DNA of 64,000 nt from Vicinamibacterales bacterium (GCA_965197375.1 CBDAMZ010000008.1:229398-293397); one strand, 5' to 3'. Positions 27,735 through 37,261 are shown, counted from the first letter of the stretch. A program made the numbers and translations. The notes: generated by a model not told the origin, from the sequence alone.

Positions 27735-28628
27735 CTACGCGGCCGCGTCCAGCCCGACGAGGTCGCGTCGCACCTGCGCGGGGCTTCGGTAAGCGTATTT
27801 CTCAAGCATCCATTGTTCGTTGTATGTCCGCTTGAACGCGAGCAAGGCCAGGCGGAGGTCTTCGATGGTCTCGAAGCTCCGCACCCACAAGAGATTTTCC
27901 TTCAGCGTGCGGATGAAGCGCTCCGCCACGCCGTTACCTTCGGGCGCTCGCACAAAGCTCGGGGAACTCTCAATCCCGAAGAACGCGATCTCCTGTTGGA
28001 AATCGGCGGCCAGGTAGTTCGACCCGTGGTCGTGACGCAGCCGCAGCCCGCGGGCGGCGCCGTCGCTGATCCCGCCGAAGCGTTCGCGGACACCCTGGCG
28101 GATGGGCTCCAGGGCCTCGAAGCGGTTGCCGCTCTTGGCCGCATGCAGACCGATGCACTCGGTCGTGCAGTGATCGACGGCCACGAACACGCAGGCCGCC
28201 CCCTCGCCCACGGTCACCGTGGCCGTCATGTCGGTGCCCCACATCACGTCAGGCGTCTCGGTGGTGATCGTGCCGTTGTGCACCGTCGGGCCATGCGCCT
28301 GGCCCACGCGGTGCGGGGCCTGGAGGTCGTGCGCACGCATTAATCGGCGCACCCGCTCCGGCGAGGTCCGAATCCCCTCGACCCGCAGCTTCGCCCAAAC
28401 TTTCCGGTAGCCCTCACCATGAAACGGCGACGCTTCGAGCACCCGGCGGATGTGGCCCACCAGGACATCGTCCGGGGCCGCGCCGACGGGCCCGCGGCGA
28501 TGCCCGCGCGCGCAGTCCCGCGGTACCTGCCGCCGCGCATAGACACTCGACCGCGGCCGTGCCCACACGCGGCAGACGCGCTGCACACCATACGCCCGAC
28601 GGGTGGAGATCGACTGGGCGCCACTCAT
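27735..28628 (-). CDS. IS3-family transposase OrfB (rve/DDE)
   Basis: GYRKVW, RVRRLMR, WGTDMT, RHDHGSNY, NGVAERFIRTLKE. Confidence 0.95.
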   Translation of the reverse strand: MSGAQSISTRRAYGVQRVCRVWARPRSSVYARRQVPRDCARGHRRGPVGAAPDDVLVGHIRRVLEASPFHGEGYRKVWAKLRVEGIRTSPERVRRLMRAHDLQAPHRVGQAHGPTVHNGTITTETPDVMWGTDMTATVTVGEGAACVFVAVDHCTTECIGLHAAKSGNRFEALEPIRQGVRERFGGISDGAARGLRLRHDHGSNYLAADFQQEIAFFGIESSPSFVRAPEGNGVAERFIRTLKENLLWVRSFETIEDLRLALLAFKRTYNEQWMLEKYAYRSPAQVRRDLVGLDAAA

Positions 28629-29038
28629 TGCGTCGACCTCCGGCCGGCCAAAGGGCGGCCGGCCTCCAGCTGGTCTACCTTCGCATACAGCAACTCGGTC
28701 TCCATCAGGAGTTCGCCGATCTTGGCCTGCAGCCGACGGTGGTCGTCGTCCACCGCCTCGGTCGCTCGGCTCTTCAAGCCGGCCTGGCCAGCCGCCAAAA
28801 ACCTATCGCGCCACTGCGAGGCCCGCGCCGCCGTGATGCCCAACTCCCGCGACACCGACTCGAGATCCTCACCCCGCAGGAGGCGGAGCACCGTCGCGCG
28901 TTTACACCTGGCCGAAAACCGCCCCTTCCGGTCACGCGCGGCGGCCGCTCCAGTCGCCCTCCGGGCTCCCTCCGCCGCCACCGAACTCTGATCGTGCTTC
29001 CTCATCTCGACACTCCTCCTGCGAGCACTCTCTCGCAA
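28625..29038 (-). CDS. IS3-family OrfA (HTH plus coiled coil)
   Basis: VLRLLRGEDLESVSRELG...WRDRF, LQAKIGELLMETELL; ATGA overlap with orfB. Confidence 0.9.
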   Translation of the reverse strand: MRESARRRSVEMRKHDQSSVAAEGARRATGAAAARDRKGRFSARCKRATVLRLLRGEDLESVSRELGITAARASQWRDRFLAAGQAGLKSRATEAVDDDHRRLQAKIGELLMETELLYAKVDQLEAGRPLAGRRSTQ

Positions 29039-29107
29039 TCAAGTGTCCAAGAAAACCCTAGGGCGATGTAGAATCTCCTAGTGAGTGGCATGACGGAGCT
29101 GTAGAGC

Positions 29108-29348
29108 ATGCAGCACGCGAAAGCTGTCATCCTTGGCGTCGAGCTGGCGCTATTGATGACGCTGTCCAGATTTGGCCCAGATCAAAACCGGGTAGACCAG
29201 CGGTGTCGTTCGAGATGGATCTAGTGGTGTGTTGCCCAGCGCGCCGGTGGTCGTGACGTATCCCGAGAGTAGATTCATGATCGAACGGGTGACGGATGGC
29301 CCGGGAGAGCTCTCCTGTCGGCACTTCCGGTTGATGAGCACGCCATGA
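29108..29348 (+). pseudogene. Remnant 5' end of a TonB-dependent receptor-type gene (carboxypeptidase-regulatory-like domain)
   Basis: Signal-like MQHAKAVILGVELALLMTLS, frameshift, then LAQIKTG*TSGVVRDGSSGVLPSAPVVVT...ERVTDGPGE. Confidence 0.55.
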
Positions 29349-29379
29349 CCACTCGACGGGCGCCTGTTCGAGCGAGCGC

Positions 29380-30432
29380 ATGCTGACTGTATCCGACCTC
29401 AAAACGCACGCCCGCGAACTTGGGTTCGATCTCTGCGGGATCGCACCGGCCGCCGACTTCCGGGAGCTGCGGTTTCTCGATGCGTGGCTCGGGCGTGGCT
29501 ATGCGGGCGAGATGCGCTACATGGCACGATCGGCGCGTCGACGTGCCGATGTGCGAAACGTCCTACCATCAGCGAAGTCAGTTGTCTCGCTAGGCACGGT
29601 CTACAACGTTGGTCGGCCGTATTCGATGGAGATCGACGACCCGGACGAGGCGCTCGTCTCTCGGTACGCCTGGGGAGAGGACTATCACACGGTGCTAGGC
29701 GAGCGGACCGAGGCGCTGCTCACCTGGATGCGGAATGCCAGCGACGAGCCGTTCGAGGCAAGGACGCACGTCGACACCGGGCCGGTGCAGGAACGCGTCT
29801 ACGCCCAGCACGCTGGGCTTGGCTGGATCGGAAAGAACACCTGTCTGATCAACCCTGAGCTCGGATCGTGGCTGTTCCTGGCGGAGATTATCTGCAGTCT
29901 CGCGCTCGAGTCTGATCCACCGGCACTCGATCAGTGCGGTTCGTGCACCCTTTGCTTGGAAGCGTGCCCGACCGGCGCCATCGTCGAACCGTGGGTGCTC
30001 GACTCCACGCAGTGCATCTCGTATCTCACGATCGAAATCAAAGGTGCGATTCCCGAAGGGCGCCGCGAAGCGGTTGGCACGCACGTCTACGGGTGCGACA
30101 TTTGCCAAGATGTCTGCCCGTACAACACGGCGCCCGCGCGCTCGGGCGACCCAGCATGGCAGCCTCGCCCCGAGCTCGACCGCCCGCGGCTAGCCGATCT
30201 CTGGCGGCGGCCGGACGCCGCCATCGGACACGTCCTCGAGCGGAGCGCGATGTCACGCGCCGGTCTGCTCGGCTTTCGGCGTAACCTCGCCGTGTCGCTC
30301 GGCAACAGTGGGACACCGGAGTCGGCAGCGGCGCTAAACGATGACGAATCAGCCGAACATGATTCGCGTGCCGACGCGCTGGTGACCGAGTGCGTGACGT
30401 GGGCGCGCCAACGTATAACAAGCCATTCTTAG
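29380..30432 (+). CDS. queG: Epoxyqueuosine reductase
   Basis: SRYAWGEDYH, VDTGPVQER, GWIGKN, CGSCTLCLEACPT, CISYLTIE, GCDICQDVCP. Confidence 0.96.
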   Translation: MLTVSDLKTHARELGFDLCGIAPAADFRELRFLDAWLGRGYAGEMRYMARSARRRADVRNVLPSAKSVVSLGTVYNVGRPYSMEIDDPDEALVSRYAWGEDYHTVLGERTEALLTWMRNASDEPFEARTHVDTGPVQERVYAQHAGLGWIGKNTCLINPELGSWLFLAEIICSLALESDPPALDQCGSCTLCLEACPTGAIVEPWVLDSTQCISYLTIEIKGAIPEGRREAVGTHVYGCDICQDVCPYNTAPARSGDPAWQPRPELDRPRLADLWRRPDAAIGHVLERSAMSRAGLLGFRRNLAVSLGNSGTPESAAALNDDESAEHDSRADALVTECVTWARQRITSHS

Positions 30433-30618
30433 CTTGGTGGTCCGTGAGAGAATGCACGCCCCACTGTCGACACGAGGAGAACCGGGCATATGGGAGGCGT
30501 TTGATGCGGCGAGATTCGTTAATCAACGTGACGACTGGAGCTGGTGCCGAGTGGCTTGGGGCCGGACACTCAAGTTTCGGTCGTTGCTTGATTCGACCTC
30601 GCCGGAGGACGTAGGCCC

Positions 30619-31188
30619 ATGAGTAATGCCGGGCGCCCCCATTCCTTGTTAGCCCCGTCGCTGCTTGTGTCGATGCCGCAGATCCATGACCCAAATTTTC
30701 ACCAGACCGTGATCTTGCTTTGTGAGCACGGGGAAAAAGGCGCGTTCGGGTTGGTGTTAAACCGACGCACTGACACCCCGGCGGCGGCGATGATTCATCT
30801 CACGCCACCTGTATTCAATGCGAGTGGGCTCGAGCTCTGGATTGGTGGTCCGAGCGAGCCAGAACGTGGCTGGATTCTGCTGGGTGAGGAGCCGTGCGAC
30901 GTCGAGTCAATTCGCGTGTGCGACGGGATTTTTCTGTCGACGTCGCTGGGCCTACTGCGACGCCTTCTGGAACGGCGGCCGCCGCCACGGACGCGGCTGT
31001 TGACAGGGTATGCTGGATGGGGTGCGGGTCAGCTAGACACGGAAATGGCCGCCTCGGCCTGGCTCAATGCTGAAGTTGACATCGGCCTCGTGTTCAACAC
31101 GCGTCCAGGCGACATGTGGGAGGCGACCATCCGCCGGTTGGGCGCCGACCCGTCACTCCTCCAGATGGGTGGCAGCGGCGTACATTGA
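30619..31188 (+). CDS. YqgE/AlgH family protein
   Basis: DPNFHQTVILLCEH, GLVLNR, GGP, GYAGWGAGQLDTE. Confidence 0.93.
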   Translation: MSNAGRPHSLLAPSLLVSMPQIHDPNFHQTVILLCEHGEKGAFGLVLNRRTDTPAAAMIHLTPPVFNASGLELWIGGPSEPERGWILLGEEPCDVESIRVCDGIFLSTSLGLLRRLLERRPPPRTRLLTGYAGWGAGQLDTEMAASAWLNAEVDIGLVFNTRPGDMWEATIRRLGADPSLLQMGGSGVH

Positions 31189-31478
31189 CACAGACAATCG
31201 CCGGTCGGCTGTTAACCGGCTCTGCTGTCTTGCATCCGGCTTGTGCGCCGATTCTGGTGGCGGCACCCCGCGCTCGTAGAGACCACACGAAAGGAGCTCT
31301 CGAACTGCTACTAAGTGGCCGTCTGGGGTGCCAGTGACGCGGCGAGTGTCAAGATGGTGAGTACCAACATCGGACAAGCGACTGAGAAACGTCCCTCGCA
31401 CACGATGGTCCCTTCTTGCGTGCGGATCTAGACGTAATAGTCTCGGACTCTGCTATCATCTCCTTATAAGGGGGGCGC

Positions 31479-31910
31479 ATGGTGAAGAAGAAGGAGGCAC
31501 TTGGACAGAAATTGATCAACGGCCTGAATAACGATCTTAACCTCGAGTTAGAAGCGGTCCTGCGGTATCTCTATCACTCGTCGTCGGCAACCGGCCTGTT
31601 GGGACACGAGCTCCGCGAGGAGCTAACAGGCGACATTCAGGGCGAGCTAAACCACGCCGTGTTTCTGGCGGACAAGATCACGGCGCTCGGCGGCGTGCTG
31701 AGAATCAATCCGGCGATGCCGAAGAAGGTCCGCACGGCCAAGCAGATGATGCAGGTCGACATTGAGGCCGAGCGACAGGTCATCAAGAACTACACGAAGC
31801 GGATCGAGCAGGCGGAGGCGTTCGGCGACAAAGGGTTGGTTATTCGGCTTGAGGACATCCTAGCCGAGGAGACCGATCACGCCGAGGAACTGGAGCGCTT
31901 GGGCCGGTAG
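31479..31910 (+). CDS. Ferritin-like (bacterioferritin-related) di-iron protein
   Basis: ELEAVLRY, ELNHA, EAERQVIKNY, EETDHAE. Confidence 0.88.
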   Translation: MVKKKEALGQKLINGLNNDLNLELEAVLRYLYHSSSATGLLGHELREELTGDIQGELNHAVFLADKITALGGVLRINPAMPKKVRTAKQMMQVDIEAERQVIKNYTKRIEQAEAFGDKGLVIRLEDILAEETDHAEELERLGR

Positions 31911-32057
31911 CGGGTGATTCTGCTCTCCACGGTTGAGAGTCGGGTGAGGCTTCTGCTTTAGCTTGGAACGAGGCGAAGGGGTTACCTCGGGGGCGGTGCG
32001 GTAACTGCCAGCGCGACACGTGTCCGTGGGCGTCTCCCCCCCCCCTCGCTGAAAGCT

Positions 32058-33143
32058 TCACCGAGGGCCTGCTTTAGATTTCTTCCTCAGCGCTCGGCGG
32101 GGCACCTTCGTCCGACGTTCTTCCTCGATCTGCGCCAGCTCGTCGCGGCGACGATCCAAATACGCGCGCTCGTCTTGGAGGCGATAGTAGTGCTCGAGAC
32201 GGCCCGCCGTCAGTCGTCCTGCGTCGACCGCCTGCTGCACTGCGCACCGCGGCTCGCTACGATGCCGGCAGTTGCGGAAGCGGCAGTCAGCTGCCAGCGT
32301 CTTGATATCCTTGAACGCTTCCTCGAGCGCGCGATTGCTATCCCAGATCTGGAGCTCGCGCATTCCAGGCGTGTCAATGATCACGCCGCCACCGGGTACC
32401 AAGATGAGCTCTCGGTGGATGGTCGTGTGTCGGCCCCGGCTGTCGCGCGAGCGGACCTCATGCGTGCGCTGGCGCTCGTGGCCCAGTAGCCGGTTGATGA
32501 TGGTCGATTTCCCGACGCCCGATGAACCAAGAAGCGCGACCGTCCGTCCCATCTCGAGATACTGAGCGATGGCATCGAGGCCCTCGCCGGTTGCGCAGCT
32601 CATGACGTGGAGGGGCGTCTCAGGTGCCAGAGACCGCACGCGGTCGACGCAAGCGGCGACATCGTCACGGAGGTCAGCTTTGTTCAGCACGAGGACCGGT
32701 TGGGCGCCGCTCTCGGCGGCCGCAACCAGATATCGCTCGATGCGGCGAGGGTTAAAGTCGTCGTCAAGCCCGCTGACGAGCAACACGGCATCGATGTTGG
32801 CGGCCACTACCTGCTTTCTGGTGTGATTACCCGCCACCTTACGCGAAAAACAGCTTCGGCGCGGGAGTACAGCCCGGATGGTCGCCTCGCGCTCGTCCGC
32901 GCTGACCCGGACGCCCACCCAGTCGCCAACCGCCGGGAGCTGTTCGGGACCGATGGCCTTGTGACGAAGCTTGCCAGCCGTCTTCGCCAAAAGCTCTCCG
33001 TGGGCCGAACGGACCCGGTAGAGGTGGTTGTACTCGACCCCGACCCGGGCCGGCACCAGATCGCGCTCGGGAAGCATGTCGAATGCCGTTGCAAAGAACG
33101 CGTCCCAGCCGAGCTGGTGAAGCTCGGTGTCCAGGGGGGTCAT
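32058..33143 (-). CDS. rsgA: Ribosome small subunit-dependent GTPase
   Basis: PAVGDWV, NKAD, GSSGVGKS, GRHTT, DTPG, CRFRNCRHRSEPRC. Confidence 0.96.
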   Translation of the reverse strand: MTPLDTELHQLGWDAFFATAFDMLPERDLVPARVGVEYNHLYRVRSAHGELLAKTAGKLRHKAIGPEQLPAVGDWVGVRVSADEREATIRAVLPRRSCFSRKVAGNHTRKQVVAANIDAVLLVSGLDDDFNPRRIERYLVAAAESGAQPVLVLNKADLRDDVAACVDRVRSLAPETPLHVMSCATGEGLDAIAQYLEMGRTVALLGSSGVGKSTIINRLLGHERQRTHEVRSRDSRGRHTTIHRELILVPGGGVIIDTPGMRELQIWDSNRALEEAFKDIKTLAADCRFRNCRHRSEPRCAVQQAVDAGRLTAGRLEHYYRLQDERAYLDRRRDELAQIEEERRTKVPRRALRKKSKAGPR

Positions 33144-33144
33144 G

Positions 33145-34272
33145 TCAACACTGGTTGGTCATGCTTGTGTCGCGACGGATCACGTAGTCCCAGAGCAGCG
33201 GTTCGTCGCGTTTGTTCCCGACGTGACCGGGGGTCGGCGTCAGTGTATGTACGCCGACTCCCAGCAAGCGGACAGGCCGGGTTCCAACTTCGGTTCGTTT
33301 GAGGAGCGCGCCGGCACGTGCGGCAAGAGTGCTCGGGTCTCGGGTTGCGGGGACACGGGTCTGGCTGCGCGTGATCGTCGTGAAGTCGGAGTAGCGTACC
33401 TTGACGGTTACCGTGCGGGCGAAGAGCGACATGCGCTCGAGCCACGCTGCCACTCGCCCAGCCATCCGGTCGATCTCGGCTTGGATGGTGTTCAGGCCGT
33501 CGAGATCCGTGGCATAGGTATTCTCCGAGCTGCGCGACTTCGCCGCCCGATTCGTCACGACTGGCCGGTCATCAACGCCGGTGGCGAGGCGCTTGAGCCA
33601 GTTTGCGTTACTGCCGACGATCTGTGTCAGCACGTTCGCATCGACCGTTCGCACGTCGACTAGCTTCGCGATGCCCTGCGCGCGAAGCCTGCGTGCCGTG
33701 ACCGGTCCAACGCCCCACAGGGCGTCAACCGGAAGCTGCTGGAGAAAGGCCTCCACTCGTCTGTGTGGAATCACGGTCAGCCCGTCAGGCTTCTCCCAGC
33801 CAGAAGCGATTTTAGCCAGGAACTTGTTTGGTGCCACGCCGGCAGATGCGGTCAGGCCAGTTTCCTGGTGGATTTGCTCCTTGAGTCGCCGGGCGACCGT
33901 CGTCGCGTACGGCTCGCCCCAGGCGTTCTCGGTTACGTCCAGGTAGGCCTCGTCGAGAGACAGCGGTTCGACGGCGGTCGCGACCGACCGGAAGAGTTCG
34001 AAGATCTGGCGCGAGGCGTTGCGGTACTTCGGCAAGTCTGGTCGCACGATGACGAGCGCTGGGCAAAGGGCGGTCGCTCTAGCCATTGACATCGCCGAGT
34101 GGACACCGAACCTGCGCGCTTCGTAACTGGCGGCCGCGACGACGCCGCGACTCTCTGGACGGCCGCCGACAGTGACCGGCTGGCCGCGCAGGGCTGGATT
34201 ATCGCGCTGTTCGACTGATGCGTAGAAGGCATCCATGTCGATGTGAATGATTCGGCGCGAAGGTGAAACCAT
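33145..34272 (-). CDS. dinB: DNA polymerase IV
   Basis: HIDMDAFYASVE, ASYEAR, SLDEAYLD, KFLAKIAS. Confidence 0.97.
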   Translation of the reverse strand: MVSPSRRIIHIDMDAFYASVEQRDNPALRGQPVTVGGRPESRGVVAAASYEARRFGVHSAMSMARATALCPALVIVRPDLPKYRNASRQIFELFRSVATAVEPLSLDEAYLDVTENAWGEPYATTVARRLKEQIHQETGLTASAGVAPNKFLAKIASGWEKPDGLTVIPHRRVEAFLQQLPVDALWGVGPVTARRLRAQGIAKLVDVRTVDANVLTQIVGSNANWLKRLATGVDDRPVVTNRAAKSRSSENTYATDLDGLNTIQAEIDRMAGRVAAWLERMSLFARTVTVKVRYSDFTTITRSQTRVPATRDPSTLAARAGALLKRTEVGTRPVRLLGVGVHTLTPTPGHVGNKRDEPLLWDYVIRRDTSMTNQC

Positions 34273-34480
34273 GGCGAAAGTCTACTACACTGGTGATCAT
34301 TTGGAGTGAGTGCTCGCGACGCTAATGGGCAGTTTCATCGCTGGAGGGTGGGGATTCAGTTCTGCTTGGTAAGAGCTGGTTGCCTCCGTTCACGTTCTTT
34401 AACACGTGATCGGCAAATTCTGGCGGACCCCGCCGTAGCTTTGACGAAGGCAGGAAGTCGTATCCTACGACAGGAGCTCA

Positions 34481-36325
34481 GTGACGAGCGAGAAGAAGCG
34501 TGTGACAGCCGGCGCGTGGCAGGAAGCCCGCGATCTCGTCTGGCGGTATCGCCATCGTCTCGTGCTTGGCCTGGTGATGATGCTGACGGGCCGGCTGGCG
34601 GGTCTCGTTTTGCCCGCTATGTCGCGCCACGTAATCGATGAGGTTATCCCCGACGGGCGTGGCGATCAGCTATGGCTGCTCGCCGGACTCGGACTTGGTG
34701 CCACCGTTGTCCAAGCGGTGATGTCATTCGGGGTCTCGCAGGTGCTCGGAGTGGCTGCCCAGCGTGCCATCACCGAGATGCGCAAGCAGGTCATGGCGCA
34801 CGTCACCCGGCTCCCGATCAGCTACTTCGATTCCACGCAGACCGGCATTCTCATCTCACGCGTCATGACCGACGCCGAAGGGATTCGTAACCTTGTTGGC
34901 ACCGGGTTGGTGCAGCTCACGGGTGGTCTCGTGACGGGAACCCTCGCGCTGGGCGTACTCTTTTACCTGAAATGGCAGTTGACGAGCCTGACGCTCGTTA
35001 TCCTCGTTCTCTTCGGCGTCTCGATGTCGGTGGCCTTTTCCCGTCTGCGGCCGTTGTTTCGCGAGCGAGGCAAGATCAACGCCGAGGTGACCGGACGTCT
35101 GGCAGAGACGCTCGGTGGGATTCGTGTCGTCAAGGCGTACGCAGTCGAGAAGCGTGAACAGCTGGTCTTCGCGAAGGGAGCGCACCGGTTATTCCGAAAC
35201 GTCGCGAAGTCGGTCACCGGCGTGTCTGCAGTGTCCTCGGGGGCCACTCTGATTATGGGCGCCATCGGCGCGCTGATGATTGTGCTCGGCGGACGCGAGC
35301 TTATGGCCGGTACCTGGACGACCGGTGCGCTGGTGCAATACATCATCTTTACCGGCCTAGTCATCATGCCGGTGGTACAGATTTCATCTGTCGGCACACA
35401 GATTGCGGAGGCGTTCGCCGGCCTTGACCGGATCCGTTCGATTCGACAGATGGCGACCGAAGACGAAGAGGACGAGGCGCGGAAACCGCTCGGCGCCATC
35501 GCTGGCGAGATCCGCCTCGAGGGGGTCTGGTTCGAATATGAAGTGGCGGTGCCAGTGTTGCGAGGTGTCTCGCTTGTGGCCCCGCCCGGAACAACCACGG
35601 CGTTGGTAGGGTCGAGCGGATCCGGCAAGAGCACGCTGATCAGCCTGGTGATGGCCTTCAATCGCCCGAAGTTAGGTCGAGTGCTCGTCGACGGTTGCGA
35701 CCTCACGACGATTCGGCTCAAGGACTACCGCGTGCATCTCGGCGTGGTGTTGCAAGAAAATTTCCTCTTCGATGGCACCATTGCTGACAATCTCAGTTTC
35801 GCCAAGCCGCATGCCCTAGCGAAGGAGATTCGCGAGGTGAGCCGGATCGCCCATTGCGACGAATTCATCGAAGAATTTCCGAATGGCTACGACACCATCG
35901 TCGGCGAACGTGGGGTGAGGCTGTCGGGGGGACAGCGTCAGCGGGTTGCCATCGCGCGCGCCATCCTCGCCGATCCGAAGCTGCTAATCCTCGACGAGGC
36001 AACCTCGAGTCTTGACAGCGAGAGTGAGGGGTTAATCCAAGACGGCTTGCGCGCCCTGCGCCGCGGGCGAACGACGTTCGTCATCGCCCACCGCCTCTCC
36101 ACCATCCGGAGCGCGGATCAGATCCTGGTCCTTGAGGGTGGGGAGATCATTGAACGAGGGACCCACGACGCGCTGCTGGCCGCCGGCGGGCGTTACAAGC
36201 AACTCTACGACAAGCAATATCGCTTCGAGCGCGATCGCTTCATCAATCCGGGTGAGGACTTTACCCCAGAGCCACTGAGGGTGGAGTTACCCACCGCCAG
36301 ACCGCGGGGCACGGAGGCGCTCTAA
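34481..36325 (+). CDS. ABC exporter, fused permease/ATPase
   Basis: GSSGSGKS, LSGGQRQR, ILDEAT, AHRLST. Confidence 0.95.
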   Translation: MTSEKKRVTAGAWQEARDLVWRYRHRLVLGLVMMLTGRLAGLVLPAMSRHVIDEVIPDGRGDQLWLLAGLGLGATVVQAVMSFGVSQVLGVAAQRAITEMRKQVMAHVTRLPISYFDSTQTGILISRVMTDAEGIRNLVGTGLVQLTGGLVTGTLALGVLFYLKWQLTSLTLVILVLFGVSMSVAFSRLRPLFRERGKINAEVTGRLAETLGGIRVVKAYAVEKREQLVFAKGAHRLFRNVAKSVTGVSAVSSGATLIMGAIGALMIVLGGRELMAGTWTTGALVQYIIFTGLVIMPVVQISSVGTQIAEAFAGLDRIRSIRQMATEDEEDEARKPLGAIAGEIRLEGVWFEYEVAVPVLRGVSLVAPPGTTTALVGSSGSGKSTLISLVMAFNRPKLGRVLVDGCDLTTIRLKDYRVHLGVVLQENFLFDGTIADNLSFAKPHALAKEIREVSRIAHCDEFIEEFPNGYDTIVGERGVRLSGGQRQRVAIARAILADPKLLILDEATSSLDSESEGLIQDGLRALRRGRTTFVIAHRLSTIRSADQILVLEGGEIIERGTHDALLAAGGRYKQLYDKQYRFERDRFINPGEDFTPEPLRVELPTARPRGTEAL

Positions 36326-36547
36326 AGCGGGTGTGAGCCTGTGGGCGGTTCAAACGTTGCTCGTTAAGGACGGAGTCGCAGGCTGCATACGATAGAATCC
36401 TTAGCAGCCTGGAGGTGCCCGCCCCGTAAGGCGGGAAGGGGGAGAACGCCGGGCGACTTTGGCCGATGAGTACCACCGCGGGGCGTGGTGCATCGGCGGC
36501 CGAATACGGTCGTGGTTGTGAGCTGGACCACTTAGGCGAGAGGGCAC

Positions 36548-37261
36548 ATGCGCATACTTGTCAAGGAAACAAGGTTAAAGCGGAGTGCGGCGGGTGTCGT
36601 CGTTGCAACGATGGTGTTCATGGGGTTCGACGCGCTGGCGGCAGGCGTGCAGGCAACGGGGACGATTCGGGGGATTGTCACGGTTGACGCGGTCCCCAAG
36701 AAGAGAATGCTCAAGGTGACGACTGATCAGGCCGTCTGTGGGACCGAAGTCGAAGATCAGGCGACTCTCGTTGCCTCGATGGGCGGAGTGGCCAATGCCG
36801 TCGTTCTCGTACGCGGTGTGCCGTGGGGTGACAACGTGCCGGAGCCGGTCATTCAAAATGCCGGATGTTACTTTGTGCCCCGGGTTCAGGCCGCGAAGAC
36901 ACGTAGCCAGGTTGAGGTTCGGAGTGAGGATCAAACGCTGCACACGACCCATGCCTACGACGACCGGCAGCGCAGCCTCTTCAATATTGCCATTCCCGTG
37001 CCGGGTCTCAGCATCAAGCGGCCGCTCCGGCGTCCGGGTGTGGTCCGGGTCGAGTGCGACTCGCACAGCTGGATGCGCGGCTGGATCTATGTGACCGACG
37101 ATACGGCGACGGTGACCAGGACCGATGGGCGGTTCGAGCTGACTGGTATCCCGGTTGGCACCCACGAGCTCGCCATCTGGCACGAGCGCTACGAGGGCTC
37201 GCCGCAACAGGTCACCGTTATGGCTGGGGGGACGGTCGACGCTAGCTTCACGGTGAAGTGA
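36548..37261 (+). CDS. Exported cupredoxin-like protein with carboxypeptidase-regulatory-like domain
   Basis: Signal peptide, GCYFVPRV, LHTTH, CDSHSWM, T..DGRF...IP.G...WHE. Confidence 0.75.
   Translation: MRILVKETRLKRSAAGVVVATMVFMGFDALAAGVQATGTIRGIVTVDAVPKKRMLKVTTDQAVCGTEVEDQATLVASMGGVANAVVLVRGVPWGDNVPEPVIQNAGCYFVPRVQAAKTRSQVEVRSEDQTLHTTHAYDDRQRSLFNIAIPVPGLSIKRPLRRPGVVRVECDSHSWMRGWIYVTDDTATVTRTDGRFELTGIPVGTHELAIWHERYEGSPQQVTVMAGGTVDASFTVK

Larger units (their letters stand above)
27689..29070 (-). mobile_element. IS3-family insertion sequence, 1382 bp, with 4-bp target duplication GAAT
   Basis: Ends TGTACCGCCCCAGGGTTCTTGGACA (27689) and, reverse-complemented, TACATCGCCCTAGGGTTTTCTTGGACA (29070); GAAT at 27685-27688 and 29071-29074; orfA/orfB inside. 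Confidence 0.92.

Noticed and set aside
30484-30618. SRP (4.5S) RNA call
   Set aside because: The conserved CAGG...GGAA...AGCAG domain IV motif is missing on both strands.
31189-31478. GGCACCCC/GGGGTGCC inverted repeat upstream of the ferritin-like gene
   Set aside because: A single 8-bp GC-rich stem with little supporting inner structure is compatible with chance.
32036-32045. C10 homopolymer
   Set aside because: Lies between convergent gene ends with no evident coding or promoter effect.
36411-36547. Lysine or cobalamin riboswitch call
   Set aside because: Only scattered words match; the long P2/P3 kissing arms and the B12 box are absent, and the gene context does not fit. Kept only as an unnamed structured leader.
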